This document shows positions 12,101 through 26,960 of a stretch of DNA of 64,000 nucleotides, piece by piece (the stretch's first letter is position 1; the number at the start of each line of letters is the position of its first letter). Both the position numbers and the translations under genes were made by a program. The DNA comes from Raillietiella orientalis (taxonomy: Eukaryota): positions 1,736,001 to 1,800,000 of the forward strand of contig JAYWIR010000009.1 of NCBI GenBank assembly GCA_036172245.1. Direction: 5' to 3'. The notes under the pieces were generated by a model, which saw only the letters and a list, made by a program, of their open reading frames with translations, ran no database searches and had not been told where the DNA came from.

Positions 12101-15100
12101 CTTCGCGTCACGTTCTTGAGCCTGAAGTTGTCATCCTCTCCTGAGGTGTAACGGGATGCAAGCTAAGAGCGGCGCACCGTCAGAGATTCGATGGCGAAAA
12201 ATCTGTCGAGGCAGATACCAGCATCAACCACCTGAGATGCTAGCGAGATGCGAAGGGGATCAGATGGACGGGGCCGAAACCATGGGTGTTCTATCGTGAT
12301 CTCATTCCAGCGTTCCTCAACGCGGAAATACTTCTCCATGTGCTCGGCACCTCTTCCTGTTGAAAGAGCTCAAACTCATAATGACCTCAGAGGAAGCTGC
12401 CCCCGAAAAGTGGCTATGAATAGAAAAAAATTTTCCCTTTCGCAGTGCTCCAGATCTAAGCTCGCATTGAGAAACGACGACTTTTGCTCCTTTGCGGCTT
12501 TCCCTCCTTGTCAAGGAAGCTGTCCGAGAAATCAGCGCATCCACTTCTCCCAAAGACCAAATCTCGCGACGCATGGAAGGAATTCCTGCAGGTGGTTTTT
12601 GCGGACTTGAAACCGAGCAGCCGAAGATGAGTTTTTCAGGAAGCCGGAAGCAGCGATGACGTTCGAGATAGTCAGTTCGAGAGGTCAGGACCGAATGGAC
12701 TCCGAATTTACAAAGTTCCATGTTCGTAGGGGAAAAGGATGAAAGTTCAACAGACAGAAGATGTGGAACATGTAGCAGGGAGCCGAGTTCCCTCCTGAGC
12801 AGCTGTAGCGGAGTAAAAGGGCTACTAGGAGGATGAAAGTATTGGAGAGCATCGCTAATTGAAATCCGAACAGTCACGTGAAATTTGCGATTGACCGCCT
12901 AGGGGTTGGTTGGAATTTCTTCACCCTTCTGGAACACAAGACGTGGGGAAAGTCCAAAGTCGAAATTTTAGACAAAATCAACCTTCAGGACTTTCAAAGA
13001 TTAAGCTTTGCAGCCAGCTTTCCCAACCGCTTTGCGTAATCTCCTAAGAAACCCTAGAATGCATCCTTTCAGCAAAAAGTGCTGTCCCGTCGTTCTTTCA
13101 CGGTATAGGAGTTCAGTGTTGGGTCCCTTGCTCTGCCCGAAACTTTTCCAGGAGACGAAGAGGATTACCATCCTCAACAGATGCCTACCATTCAACCAGG
13201 TTACCAAGGCTCGCATCTGCGAGCAGTTTGCAATCTGCGGTGAGAAAGAAAGGTCGACGACAGCACCGTGCTTCAGAAGTGACTCGTTTCAGCTTCCAGC
13301 TTCCGCGCAAGGTGCTCTCTCATTGGATTCTGCTCCCCCCCCCCCACACACACACGGAGAGTTTCTAGGCGTTTTCCACGTTGAGATGTCTGTTTCGTAA
13401 CTTTCTCCTCGACCGCGGACTTGCTTCATGCAATCAAGGAAACTTTGCATTTGCAGCTTCAGTAATACGCTGTGTGTTACTTTAGGATAGGTTTCGAGTG
13501 TTACAAGCAGCAGGCCGAGATTGCAGAAAGAGTGCATTCCCGTGGGAAAGCATCAATGGCTTCTCGAGTCTTCCGTTAACGACCTTTGTGGTTGCCTATT
13601 TTTCGGGATTTTTTTTCACGGGACTGTTCCCCGAAATCTGTTGCCTGGTGACGAATTTAGGCATGTGAGTCTTTCCGGAAAAGTTCCCTGTTTGATTTAA
13701 TTGTCTGTAAACGTTGGCGTTTATTTTTTTCTAGAAGCCACGCCTGTCGTCCACGGCTACGGACTCCAGAGAGCAATTCAGATACCGAAGACGAAGCTCA
13801 AGGGATCTCACTGCCGTCGTTCCCTCCGAACAGCAAAACTGGTCAGTTTGAGTTTTGCTGCTATCTGCAAGGGTCAGTACATCTTCGGCACCGGCCGCAA
13901 ACTATGAAAAGTCAAAGTGACAGACCGGCAGTTGAATCATCTCGATCTAGAGGACCAAGTCTCTTTCCAACGGCGACCTACATCCGTGGAGTACTCAAAT
14001 GTTGCTGAAGATGAAAGAACAGGGAAACGTCTTGTATAACTACTTCTGGAAAAAATGATATGATGACACCTGAAATGAGATTCTTTCGACCATCATGGAC
14101 CGAGGATAGCGAATTATTTCTCACCTCGTCAAAACCTTCAGGCACGAGAACAGTTGGATCCAATTCCGCATTTCGAGAGACGGTGTGATGAAATAGCACT
14201 AAAGCGAATCTTGACCAGTTTGGGCATTCAGATTACCCAACCCATGACTAGACAGCATCGAAACAGAACATGTAATTTCAGCTCTTTTGTTCTTTGTGGA
14301 TTTATGGCTATAGTCAACTTAGATGCCTAACCTTCCTACTCTGGTGAAAAATGCAACCTTGAAGATGGAATCTGCAAAATTTCTTTCGTTATAATCTGTT
14401 TACTACGCTCTATCCCAGCTCCTGACGAGATTATCCTCAGTAGCGGGTGTCAGCAACTTGGCCTCTGGATGCTAAGACGTCATATTAGGTGATGAAATCT
14501 GACCCCCTTCGTCCAGGGTATGGACTCCCTGCGAATCGGGGAAGTTAAACTGACGATTCCAGGGAGGTTATTGAGGAACTTCCGAGAACGCGATCTTTCC
14601 AAACCTACGTTCTTGCCAGAGCAACCAGCGATTATGAATGGTTTGGACCTTTTACGCGAAGAGTAGGTACGCAGAGCCTCTCGTGACGTCATCCGAGAGC
14701 TGATTATTGATCCTCTCGCGGATGATGAAGTGGATGATGTAAATATGTGAAGCGCGGAGAAAGACAAGCTCGAGAGGTAAGTCGAATTGCTGTTCGTTCA
14801 CCGGACAGTCATCTAGAGGAGAGAGACCTTCCTCACTGGCCGAGCTGAATCGAGAAGAAACGACAGTAAGCTGTAAATTACAGATCCGAATAATGGGGAG
14901 GTGGTAGAAAAATGTGCACGCACATACACGAATGCATACCCATACATTACATACCGAAAGGAGCGAAATTTCCACAAGTGTGTGTCTTGATATAGCTACG
15001 GTGAGCTCTTTGCTTCTTTAGAATGAGGCTGTCTCCAAAATTTCAAAAGGTCCGTTGCTTTCCCATCCACTAGATGAAAGACGGATGAGAGGAATTTCCA

Positions 15101-18100
15101 ATTCTTCGCGATTTTCTCATATGCCTAAGGTAGGCGACGAAAAGAAAGAATTCCCGCAAAGAAAGGTTAAATAGGAATGCCATTAGCTCAGAATTGGAGA
15201 AAGAACTCCCACAGAGTCAGTCCTGCTGTGGTCTGTCTGAAGAAAGCAAAGAGAAAGTGAGAGGCACGTTTTGCTCACCACGACAACTGTTCTGAGCTGC
15301 GGGAAAACTTGCGTTTAACCGGTTCGAGTTTCGAGGAACCTACTTCACCCTGGAGGCGAATCCCAGTGTTGGTGATCTGGTGTGAGGTACGCACCCACGG
15401 TTCCAAGTATCCCCCGAGGTCGGCAAAGGGCGCTCAGATTCGGCAGCCTCCGACAACCAGCTTTGCTGACGAACCGTGCTTCCAGAGTCATCGCCCCGAG
15501 CTGGCTTGGTCTGCCTCGTGAAAAATGCGTCAGTTGACTTGCTCGACCCGATTGCTCTGGTCGTGTCTCGGAAATTATCCCTTGGGATCAGACGCTTGAA
15601 AGGACAGTCCCAATAGGGAAAGGAACGTTCGTACTCGGCGGCGCTCACCGTGCCGTTGAAGCCACCAGGGTCAAGTGAGGCTGCACGAATTTGCAATCCG
15701 TTCCACACGGGCAGCCTGGCTCATCCACGATCGAGCGGTGTAAGGAACCGGCAAATCAGGATCTGCGTTCCCGCGGTACAGCGGTCTCCGCGGGTCTGTT
15801 GCAGGCAGGAGTCTGTTACGCTGCCAACGGAACGCGGAGACTTGACGTGCCACTACCGTCCGTCTGCGTGGGCATCGTCTGCGAGGCTTTCTGACTCTTG
15901 GAAATCCGCATCCGTGGGGAGGGCAGTCCTCCGCGCCATGACTCCTCCGCGTTTGCCGTTCCGCTGCCACTCCCGAAGGGGTCCAAATTTTGACCAGGAA
16001 ACCGAGGGTTCCTGAGATAGGACGCGTCATCGGCATGAGGGCTGCACTGATCGAAAGTTCCACTTCCGGGAACTGGACACGAAAGGAGCAGGAAGGAAGA
16101 CTTCTTCCTGCCGACCCCACTGGCACTGAGGTGACGACCGCAGAGAAGTCTCTCTTGGACGTTCGGCACTCGGAAGCCGGAAGAAAAAGCTTTGATCTCT
16201 ACTCGATGTATAGGTGCGTGAAAGAGGACGTGTACAAGTACACCTGACATCCGAGTTCCTGCTAGGGAAAGAGCACGTGACCCTGCTCGACCCGGCTAGG
16301 AGGTGCTCTGGTTGCTCTCAGAACCTCATTAATCAAGGCGCGACGAACCCTGCAGTCCCCTCCGCGCAAAGAGCACGGGAGGCGAACGGGCACATTTCCC
16401 GCAGGGAGGCTTCATGATCTCGGGCGGAACTGGATTTTCCTTGGCACGAGCTTCGCTGGTAGCCATCGGACTCCCAGGTGTTCGGGCGAGCGGATGGGCG
16501 TCACCCCCCACCCCGTGGCACGTAAAGTGGTTTGAGCGGGCCTCGCTCGACTTCAGAAACGAAAGACGTAAATCTTCGTGATTGATATCCGCCTCTTCCC
16601 CTGACCGGCAGGCAGATCTCTCGAACGGCGGTTTCGACTTCGCTCCCCCTTTCTTTTATGCCAAGCTCTGCTTTGTGATTCGCATCCCGGCTGCAAAGCG
16701 GCGGCGGAGCATCACGAGGACAGGAATGAATGGAGGAGGACAGGGAGAGGAGAGGTGCGTCGGGGGGATCGATTCCGGGCGTGCCACGGAGATGCATAGG
16801 TCCTCAAAGAAGAAGCGCGAGGAGAAAGAAGGAGGGGTCTCGAAGTGAACCTCGAATCGTGGGCAGGCCAGGATGGAATCGCCCATGGATCCAGGCAACC
16901 CATTGCTCATAGGCGGAAGCTAAAGCGGGCGGACGCACCGAGAGCAGGCATCCTGATTCGGCTGCTCCCCGAACAGTTCCGTTTCTGGCGTTTCCGATTC
17001 CCACGGTGACGTCACGCAGTAAGACGCGAGGTCCAGGCGATGGTCCAAACTTTCCCTGAAACGGGAGCCGAACGCGGTGCAGGCTCCCCGCGTGGATCAT
17101 CTGCTCCCGCAACGTCACGAGCGCGTCCCCTCTGTTGGCGCTACCTGATCGCAAAGGATCGCAGTCGCCCCGTTCGTGGGCTGCCAGGCCCGATCGAAAG
17201 GCACACAACAGGTCGCCCGAGCGCGCGACGGCGACTCTCCATCGGACAGTCACCGAACATGCTGCCGGCTGGTCGAGGAGCGAACCGAACCCAAGCGGCT
17301 GCCGGGAAAGGCGACAGGAGTCTGCCGGAGAACGGGAAATCATGCCGCGGCCCGCGTATCCTGAGACCCAGCACCATAGAATCTTCACCCCTTCTTCTCT
17401 TCCCCCTTCAACAAACTGACTGCGGAGCGCCTCGTTCGGCCGGGCAAGCAGATCCGCCTGGAGACCAGCTTGAGACGGCAAATGCAGCAGCCCTCCTCGA
17501 AGACCTCGAGACGCAATCTCCAAGGAGTCAGGTTGCCACACCGACGCGCTGCTCGCACCCGTGCCGGAGAATGGCGGCCTCGCGTGTGCAGGCGTGCGCG
17601 CGCGCGCGTCGCTGCCTCGAGGCGATCTCCTAGTGAAACAAAAAAAAAGTGGACAGCTGCCAGCATCACGGCGCGCGCCAAACTCGCGGTCACCTTCTCT
17701 GGAAAGCCGACCGAGATGGTCACAGCAGCTCGTTCCCGCTCTCGTCGGGACTCGGGAATCCGGCTCGGGAAAATCTTGGAGCCAACTTTTTCGCGATGTT
17801 GCCAGACTACTAAGATCCTCTCAAAGACACACTCGTGGTCACGAAGGCGCAAGACGAGCGAGAGATGCCCTCAGGTCCTTGTAAGCTGGCAGAGTGCTGA
17901 ACCTTGCGCTACCGTTTCTTTCTGCACTCGGGACGTGGAGACGCCAGGAAGAGGAGGAGGTGGGGGGGGATGGGAAGTTGTCGGAAAAAAAAAGAAATGC
18001 TATGAGCGCGCTAACGAGCATCAGGAACAAGGGAAGGAAAAGAGACGGCCGGCGGCAGCAGTCTGGGATCCTGGAGCTATGTAAACAGCTTGGAAACAGC

Positions 18101-21100
18101 ACGACTCCATCCGCTAAGTGATCCTCCGCTTGGAGGAGAAGGAAGAGGGGTCCGGTTGGCTCGAACCGGTAACCCCGCCTTCTCGGGACGCAGGCAGACC
18201 TGTCCAGTTTGAGGGAGGAGCTCGGGGAAGAAGAATTTACCACGAAGAAAGAGAGATGCAAAGACTGGATGTCAAGAGCATCCCCCAACACCAGGGGAGA
18301 TTCCGTCGTCTTCAGCATGCAGTTGCTGCGCCCGACATGCGCAGTATAGGGAGCATTTGCACACGCCCTTGCGATCGGGGATCCCTGTGGGGAAAAACGA
18401 AAAAAAAAAACAAACAAACAAATCTTCATCACGTGACGTCATCCACACGCTAGGCGCGAGGCACCTCCCCGAAAGCTGTGCGGGACTGCGGAAAGGGACG
18501 AGTCATCTCCGCACTACTGGACCGCTTCACTCCTCGCCCTCGCCCCGCGCTCTGGTCACCACTCCGCCACCCTGACCCTACGCGCCCAGAGATCTGCGCG
18601 CTTCTTCGCCGGGGTCGGACGCGCGCCTGCCCTCAGCGACCGAGGTCTCTGCGCGCATCCGCATTACTTTGCGGCGCTGCGCCTCAACACGGTAAAAGGT
18701 CGGAGCAGTCGCTCGCACCTGCCTTCGTAGCCGCAGAGCTGCTGGAGGCAGCGACGTGGTGGAGCCAACTGGAGGATCGAGTGCCGGGAGATACTGCGAA
18801 CGCTGCATGCAGGCGGCAGCACCATCTGCCTCGGAACTGGTGCGTCCACCTCCATCCTCCCCTTCTTTCGCGCACCCATCGACTCATCATAGCAAATAAA
18901 TACTGATTATTTGTATGAGGCGCAAGAGGGTGCCGCCCTGGAAATAAATATCATTTTATTTATTCATACCCTCACCACCATGGAGCATGACCGGTCTGCC
19001 TGGTAACAACGTCCCGTGCTTGTAGCATCCAGCGGAGACACGCTCTCCCCCACCTTGTAAGTTTGTCCTCCGGGGATCTGGGATCGACTGGGAGGTGCCC
19101 AGGGGCTGCTCTCATCGAATCCTCCTCCTCATCAGGCCACCCGGATATCGCTTGACTACCACCGAGATCTTCGATGGCGGCGTCTCCATGCGAGCTCGCG
19201 CCCAAACCCTGCTACGCTCACCGTCGCGCGACCCTCCCCCTACCAGCAGGAAGCTGAGGAACCTGCCGTCCTCCGGCGGGGCGGGGTGCCGGAAGGCAGG
19301 AACGGTTCCGTCCCGGCGGTTGGGCGTGGCGGGTTCGATGCTCGAGCGCCACCCATTTTCAGGGCCAGTTGCTTCGGCAGGTGGGTTGCTGCCGACACTC
19401 CTAAGCGGATTCCGACTTCCATAGCCACCTTCCTGCAGCCCACTGCAACCAACACCTTGCGTGGGCCACGGTGGGCATTGCATCGAGTGCTGCGGCCCAG
19501 TGTTTGGTTTATCCCACGATGCCAATTCCCGCTAGTTAAAATGGACCCACTGGACTCTTCACCCACTTCAAGGTTGGGAATGGGCCGAGGTCATTTCAGC
19601 CCCAACCATGCGCTCTAGCGGTGGAGATCCCTCGTCCTTTCCGCTTCCACGAGCGCCAGCTATCCCATGGGAAACCTCGGAAGGAACCGAGTGGTCCATT
19701 TCCCTGGCTTCGTCCCGATCAGGCACAGTCTACCACGCTTAGGATTCTAGCGTAGATGAAGGTGGAATTCATCGGTCAGATTGCGACGGTCCGCATCGAC
19801 TGTGCGAGGGGCGGTCACTGCGAATTGCCCCGTCCTCGCCTCCGGGAGAAGGCGACAGCTGCCCATCTGAAGCGACCCTTTCCCGACAGGCGCGGGAATC
19901 TGGGAGGAACGCTGAAGAGTGGGCGAGGGAGGGATACAGGCAGACAGCAAATGTGGTTGTGCACCTCGGACGATGGGCGGCGCGGAGGCAGCAGGCAGCG
20001 GCTGCTCTCGCGCGAATGCCACCACTTCTGCGGCACGGAGGGGCGCTTCCCGAGAAGAAAAATGGCATGAAGGAAGCCCCTCCTCCTCTTCCTCCTCGTG
20101 GACGGATCCTCGTGGGCGCAGGGGGGGGGAAGGAGAGGGGGAAAGGCAGCTGGAGCACCGCGGGATGCCAGAGGGTGCGCGCGCGCGTTCCCCTCTGCTG
20201 GGGACGGGACCAGTCCCCCCCCTTTAGCTGCGGGGGGCGAATGGTGGGTCAACCCGTCGGTGAAGGAGGGACTTTCGAAAAAGGGAGGAGTTTTCTCCGG
20301 GATGCATCATGGGAACGAATGCAGAGGCTGGCCACCGAAGAGGGAAGGGGGGGGAACTCCTGTCTTCCCTTTCAGAGGATGCACGCGCGTTTTAATGCCG
20401 TCCCTGCGTGAATTCTCCGGAAACCGACGTCGGAGAAGCGCCGGCAACGCCCCCGGGTCTCTTCGGCGCGAACGGACTCTCTGGGGGCCGACCGCCTTCC
20501 TGCCCGACTTCCCGCGCCGGCTTTTTATAGCGGGAGCTTCTCCGCTGTAAAACCTTCGCCACTGGCTACCGCCGGCTGCCGATCAGCTCTGCAAGCAGCC
20601 AGCAGGCCGAAGCGGAAGAGCGAGGCCTCTTCCTGCTCTCAGCATCTTCCCGAGGAGCCCTTGGCCGTAGAAGGGGAAGGACGCGGTGGACGCGCTCGCG
20701 TCCGCCGCCGGCGGCGAGGGTGCGAGGGGCTTCCCCCGCAGTCCGCCCGAGGAACGGGATTCTCGCCCGCGTTTCCGAGGCGCCCGGATTGGTCGCCAGC
20801 CCTGGCATCCGGTTTTCCGGGCGAGCGCCTGCTGTCGCTATTTCCGCGGCAGCGGAGGGGAGACGGGCAGCATCCGTCCGAAGCGTTCCGCGTATCCGCT
20901 ACTGGCAGTGGGTGGGATCGAATTCTGGAACGGCCGCCTTCCCGGGATCTGAGCCGAGGACGAGCCCCGGTCGCTTCCAGAGTTCCCGAGATCGGCGGTT
21001 GCCAGTGCCGCCATCGCATCTCTCGGCTCCTCTCATTTCTCCCCGTTTCCCTTGCTCTCCGATTTACAGGAAATAGGCGCGGACGAAGCCAGGAGGATGG

Positions 21101-24100
21101 GTCCCCTGGCTGGAGGCGAACAGCCCTTGACGTGATCTCAAAAACACGGGCAGGCGTCTCTTCCCGTCCTTCGAAGCTCCGGGAGGGGGGGGGAAGGAGG
21201 AGGAGTAGCAAGGCTCTCCTCCCGAGAGGGGGGATGTCCAGGATGAGCGAGGTCGCTGCAGGTGCGGTGGACGCGGAGAAAGATGCGGACCACCCGCGAG
21301 CGAGAGTGACAGATGCCAACATCCCGCCATCTCAAGATCGGTTTCCTCCGGCGGTGACTCCGAAAAGGAAAGTGAGGAAGGAGGGAAGGAAGGAGGGATG
21401 TGTTTCCAGGGGAAAAAAACGGAATGCTTCAGGTTCTTTTCGGAGTCCATGAGGTCCTGGAAAAAAAAGGGGGAGAAGAAGAAGGGGTGAGAGGCGGGAG
21501 GGATAGGATGAAAATGCTCGAGACGCAAGGACCCATCTGGTTCGCCTCTCACCAAGAAGGGGGAGTAGAGTGAGGCATGTGTCCCTTTCTTTCGCACTGT
21601 GCCAACGAGCGCGCTGACCTCGTCGAGGCGACCGAGAAGGTGAGAAACCATACACTCTCCCCCTCCCCCCTTCCTCCCTGAAACGAAGCACTCGGCACGG
21701 AAGAGAAAGAAGGAGGTCACTCCCTCCTCCTGCGTGCGAGTCAGGAGAGCCTTCCCTCCGACAGTGAGGGAGGCAGATCCCCGGCAGTCGCGACCCACTG
21801 CTGCCGTATCAGGCACTCGGGTCCGAGGGGGCGACGACTTCTCCTTCCCTGGGAGCCGACCCCGTCATCACGCCTGCCGCGGGCTCACCTCTCTTCCCTG
21901 GACCGCGACTTCCTGGAACACGTCTGCTGATCGATGGCTTTGCTGCAACCCCTCCAGGCACTCGGAAGCCGCCTTTCTGGAGCTGCTCTGGCGCCACTTT
22001 GCTCTCTGAGATTTTCCTCTTCCTTTCCTCCTCCCCCTTTACTCATCCCTCCTTACTCATCCTCCCTTCCTCGTTCCTCCTGCTGTTCCTCTCCGGATTG
22101 CAGTGGCCCACTTTTCTTTCAATCAGGCTACGCGTTACCAGAGGCCAGAGGTTTCTTTGTGTTCCCCATTCCTGCGTCCTCCCCACGGCCAGGCAATGTC
22201 CCCTCGTCGTACAAGGCCCCCACATGGTCTCTTCCTTGCTCTTCCAGTTGATGTGGCTGGACCCGACCGTCATCGAGACGCGATGGCTCGTGCCCGAAGT
22301 CGCGTGGGGGTGGACGGCGCGAACTGCCTGAGGCTTCACCGAGAGCAGCCGCGCGATCCTATTTATCCCTCTTCCTTCCTTTCTTCCTTCCTGCCCCTTC
22401 CTCTCTTGCATGTGAAGACCGTTACGGCTTCCCAGGGCGGCGCTGCTCGAGGTCAGTGGTCGCCGCCTTTCCGGGCAGCGTCTCCAAGGAAACGAGGTTT
22501 CCTCGCTCGTCCTGCGGATCTGCGTCTGGAAAGTCCCCGATTTCTCCTGATGCAGCATGCGAAGGTCGACCCAGCTCTCGGGAGTCCCTCTTCCCGGAAC
22601 TGCTGCTCCGCAGAGCGGTAACGGCAAAGGGCCGACCCGGTGGTGGAGCGCAAACCATCGCAGAAAAGATGGCACAAACGGGGAGCGCCAGCACCATGTG
22701 CTCCGTCGAAGGAGAGGTGGAAGCAGGAGCGCAGGGAAGGGAGACGTGACAACACCGTCGGACAGCGAAACAGCAGGGGGGAAAAGGGAGATTTTCTGGA
22801 TCACAGACGGCGGGGGAGTCCCGAAAAACCCTCCGTGGCACCCGATGGGCGGGAGGGAGCGAGCAGGGACTCTCTGTCGGGCTGCGCTTCTCCGAAGGAG
22901 GAACTTGGAGGCGCACCTCATCTCCCCCACTCCCGAAGAACGCCTCAGAGCATTTGGAGCCCCGAAGGAGAGAGGAGGAGAGGCAGGCACCAGCTGACCT
23001 CACGTTCTTCCGAGAGCGGCCCTCAGGAGATCCCCGGCCGATGGGAGTAGGCGACACTTCTGAGCGGCACGCTGTGAGTCCCCAAATTCCCTACGCGAGA
23101 CCAGTGACACACGAGTACTCGAAACAAAAAAAGGAAAGGAGGTACGGGGGGGGGCATTCCCTTGGTCATGCGTGCCTGAAGGGAGAAGCAATTGCTTCCT
23201 GCCCGACCTTCCCGCGACGGAGCGCACGGACGGAGCGCCATCCCGACAACGCTCCCGCCTCGAGTGCGATCCGCCTGCGAGGGGAACGGGTGTGTGAGGC
23301 AAGCAGAAGTCCTCCCGTGACCCGGCGCTGACCGCTCGCTGATCCAGTGGATGGCCGTCTCATTTCAGAACTCGTGCTTCCTGGCCAGGAAGCCGAGGGT
23401 CCCGAACCGCCTCCGACAGCTGGAAGGCGTGGGAAGGGAGACTCGAGCGACGTCCCCTCGCGCCTCCGTCCTCCCCGGAATGCTCTCCTTCTGGGAAGAC
23501 GGGAGAGCGGAGGGGCGGTGGGCCGCTTCGCTCTCCCGTCTGGTGGGGTGCCCCTGGCTATCGGAAGGAAACAGGCCCTCGGTGGGCACCACGGGAACGC
23601 CAGTTCGGCGGAAAAGCGTCCCCCTCAGGGAAGAGTGGGACCCCTGAGGGTCGGCTGGCCACAGAGGGAGCACCAGGAGGAGGTTCGCCGCCTCTGGTCC
23701 GTCGGGACACGCCACCGGACCGAATATGGGAGCCCGACCATCTCCAGCCGGGAATCGGCGACTACGGGAAGTCTTCCCGGGGGCTTCAGACGAAAGGTCA
23801 GAGAAGGATGATGGCCACCTCGAGCCTCGATGCTCAGAGGCACTTGCTCAGGACTGTGGCGGCTCAACACCGAGAGATCCCTGCAGGAAGGAGGGAGGGG
23901 AAGGAGAGGTTCCTTTCCGTCGCTCCTTCGGGATCCGCGGAAGTCCTGCCGCTTCCGCATCACAGCCGGCTGGAGATAGGGAGAGGTAAACTGGGCAACG
24001 GCCTCCGTCAGGGGACCCCTTCTACTCCCCCTCCTTTACCTCTTCTCTCCTTCCTCCTCCTTCCGACCCCGCCCTCACCCCGCGCCTCGGAACGAGTGGC

Positions 24101-26214
24101 GGTGCCTTCGCAGGGATGGAAGCGGCCCGGCAGCCGCGCTCCACGTTGATTCTCGACGATCGGCAGGAATTTGGGAATGGGGGGGGCGACTCGGGCGAGG
24201 GCGATCTGACCGCTGTGGGGAAAGGAAGTGGCAGGCGGGTGGGCGATCTTCGCTTTTAAAGCGCGTGCGCGGGTTCCGGGCTGACGACTCGCCGCTGCAT
24301 CGTCCCTCAGCAGCCTCTTCGGGAGTCGCTCCCGCGCCACGAGCGTCGGAGGAAGGAGGAAAGAGAAGGGAGGGTCGAGGCGCTGCCCCGGAGGCATGCG
24401 TTTCCGCGGCGCCGGAGAGACCTGCCGACGGCAAGCAGCGCAGGGGAGTGCAGGCGCCCTTCCGGGGGAGGTGCGATGCAGACAGCCCCCATCCAGGTCC
24501 GGGGGCCTCACAGAGTGGCTCCGCGGTAATTGCCGATCGATATCCAGAAAATGGGGAGAATGATTCCTTCTTTATCCCCCCCTTTCTCTGGAGGAACCTC
24601 CGGATAGAGGGGGGAACCGCATAGAACCAGGGGAAGAGGCGGGACGTATCCTGGAGCGCCCGAGAGGCTTCGCCCCCTGAGCTCCGGAAGGAATGGGAGA
24701 GCAACAGAGTGAAAAGGGGGCTCCCCGAGCTTCGCCCTGCTGCCACGAGTCGCCGTCGCCTCCGTGGCGCAGCGCCAGTTGCAGGTGACTACGTCCATCC
24801 CGAGACGACGCTGTAGCTTCCGAGGGAGCGCAAGGCGCGACCGCAGAGGGAAGTGCCACCCACGCTGAGCGGCCTTCCCTCCCACGGCCGACTCTTCCCG
24901 TGCAACCAGCATGCTCCCAACCGCGCCGCTACCTCATCATGGAGCGGAAGGAGCACTATGGAGGGAGAGGAGCCACGCCACGGCGGAAGGAGGGGAGTCG
25001 ACAAGGCACTCCTTCTCTCCTGTGGCTCCTTCTCCAGGGAAGCAGGGGAGAAAGGGGGAAGGAAGGCGCGCGCCCATTCGTGCTCGCCGCGCGTCCTCGA
25101 GGTGGGTACCCCAATGGACCGGTGGCCGCCCTCCTTCCTCCCTCGCTTTCCCTGAAGGCACGCGCCAGAGGAGGCGTTTGCGGGGCCGGGCGAGCCGGGG
25201 ACGGAGGGGAGGTCTGGAGGGAAGAGAGTTCACAGGACCGACGATTTTTCCTGCTGCCGCCGGTGACAGCTCTGGAGATCGGCGGGAGCTGTGGGCGGCT
25301 AGGAGAAGACCAACGAGGGGCACCACCTTTCCCTCCCTCTCAGAAAGGGGGTCAAGTGACTTCCCTGGCGAACGGTTCCTGTCTGCCTCGGAACACTCCT
25401 TGGCTTCCCCGCTCCCTCCGGGGGTGCTTCTTTGAGGGTCTCCCCCGCGTGCCACTCAGTGAGAAGGGCAACACTGACCTCTGTACCTGGGGCCACACCC
25501 TGGAAGGAGTGCCAGACCCTTTTCCCCCCGCAACCGAAGGGGCAGGAGCGCGCGCTCACGATTTCCAATGCAGTCTGGAACTGCCGAGGAAGCCACGGGG
25601 GACATCGCCGCCGGATTCGAACCCCTGAGGCAATGGGATCCGTCCCTGCTCGCCGCAGCCACTTTCCTGCATGTTGTCGGACGCGTTCGGGCACCATCAA
25701 GAGTGCAGCAGACATCGGCGCCAGCATGCAGCACACGCGTGAGCTCACGCCGGTGAGCGGGAGGCTTCTCACGACTGCGGCAGAAGACCGCAAGTCGGGA
25801 GTGCAGGTTCTGCAACTGCTGCTGCTGCCCCGGCATCGCCATAGAAACAGCGTCGCTCGCAGCAGCATCCTTTCTTCCGGAGCCTCGGGAGGCACCGGAC
25901 TTGGAGGCAACAGAAAGATCCCGCAGGAGATTCGGCCTCCAGCTCTAGTCCCTGCTCCTGGGAAAGGATGCGAGGACAAAGGGACGGGAGGAGGATGCTT
26001 GGCATTCCCCGAGGCTCGAACCGAGAGCGGGACGGGTGGGGGGATCGCAGCCTAGCCGGCATCCCTACTCTGTCTAGGAGAGAGAACACCACCTTGGGGT
26101 GGCTCTGGGTGCGCTCGAGGCTTTCGCTTTCAGTCCGACCATTCCGGGGTGGTGATTCGAAGTCGGTGAGCACGTATCCATTTGGGAGTGGTTTCAAAGC
26201 CACGAAAGGGTTGT

Positions 26215-26960
26215 AATGGTCATGAAAAACAAATATACGTGTTTGTTATACATATTTATGTATTAATCATTATATAGACTTGTTTGAACATACATATGGC
26301 TTCATATTTATTCACGTATTAACTTATATGATTCAAGAAATATAGGTTAATTATATATATGTGTGTATTAATCTTATTATTAATTAATATTAATTATATA
26401 TCAGAAATATAAATATATTTTGTATGTATTAACAATGATTAAATAGTATAATAATATGTATTTGTATATCTAGTAAATATATGCGAAATGGATATATAAA
26501 TATCGATCGGAAACATGTATATTTACTTATCGAACGATCAGAATCCCGAAAATAGAATTCATCATTTACTGAGAAAGTTGCTTTCATTTGAGTGTCATTT
26601 TTAATGACACTCAAAAGGAAAATGACATACAGAAGCTCCTTCTTTTGTTTTGTTTTTTTGCTTTTTTTTTTTTTTAATTCGTTTGCCTTTTCGTTGTTTT
26701 CCGCCATTTTTAGTGGCGTCCATAAATTTTTCATTTTTTTAACTCCCATGTTTACAGATTCATTTGGTATGCACTTATTGTGCGTGAATGTACATATGAA
26801 CATATATACACTGTAATCTTTAATATGGGTTGAAATCAGTTTTTAAATTAATGCACATATCAACATGCATAGTAAGCACATGTATTCATTTGTTATAATC
26901 TGTATGATCTACATAAATCAATGCAATAAACGCATTCATTTATTTATTTATTTATGATGA
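26215..26960. other. Sharply bounded AT-rich low-complexity island in GC-rich DNA
   Basis: Abrupt switch to TA-rich runs, T tracts and (TTTA)n; no credible ORF. Confidence 0.7.

Noticed and set aside
18950..19620. Possible 3' end of a second LINE on the minus strand (ends in AATAAATAAAA)
   Set aside because: Only a trivial peptide resemblance (GYGS) to the element at 28.8-32.2 kb; no RT or Cys/His motif.
15300..26200. Many overlapping 100-315 aa ORFs in the left GC-rich flank
   Set aside because: They are Arg/Pro/Gly/Ser-rich, present in all six frames, and lack domain motifs or a consistent splice structure. This is expected from stop-codon scarcity at high GC.
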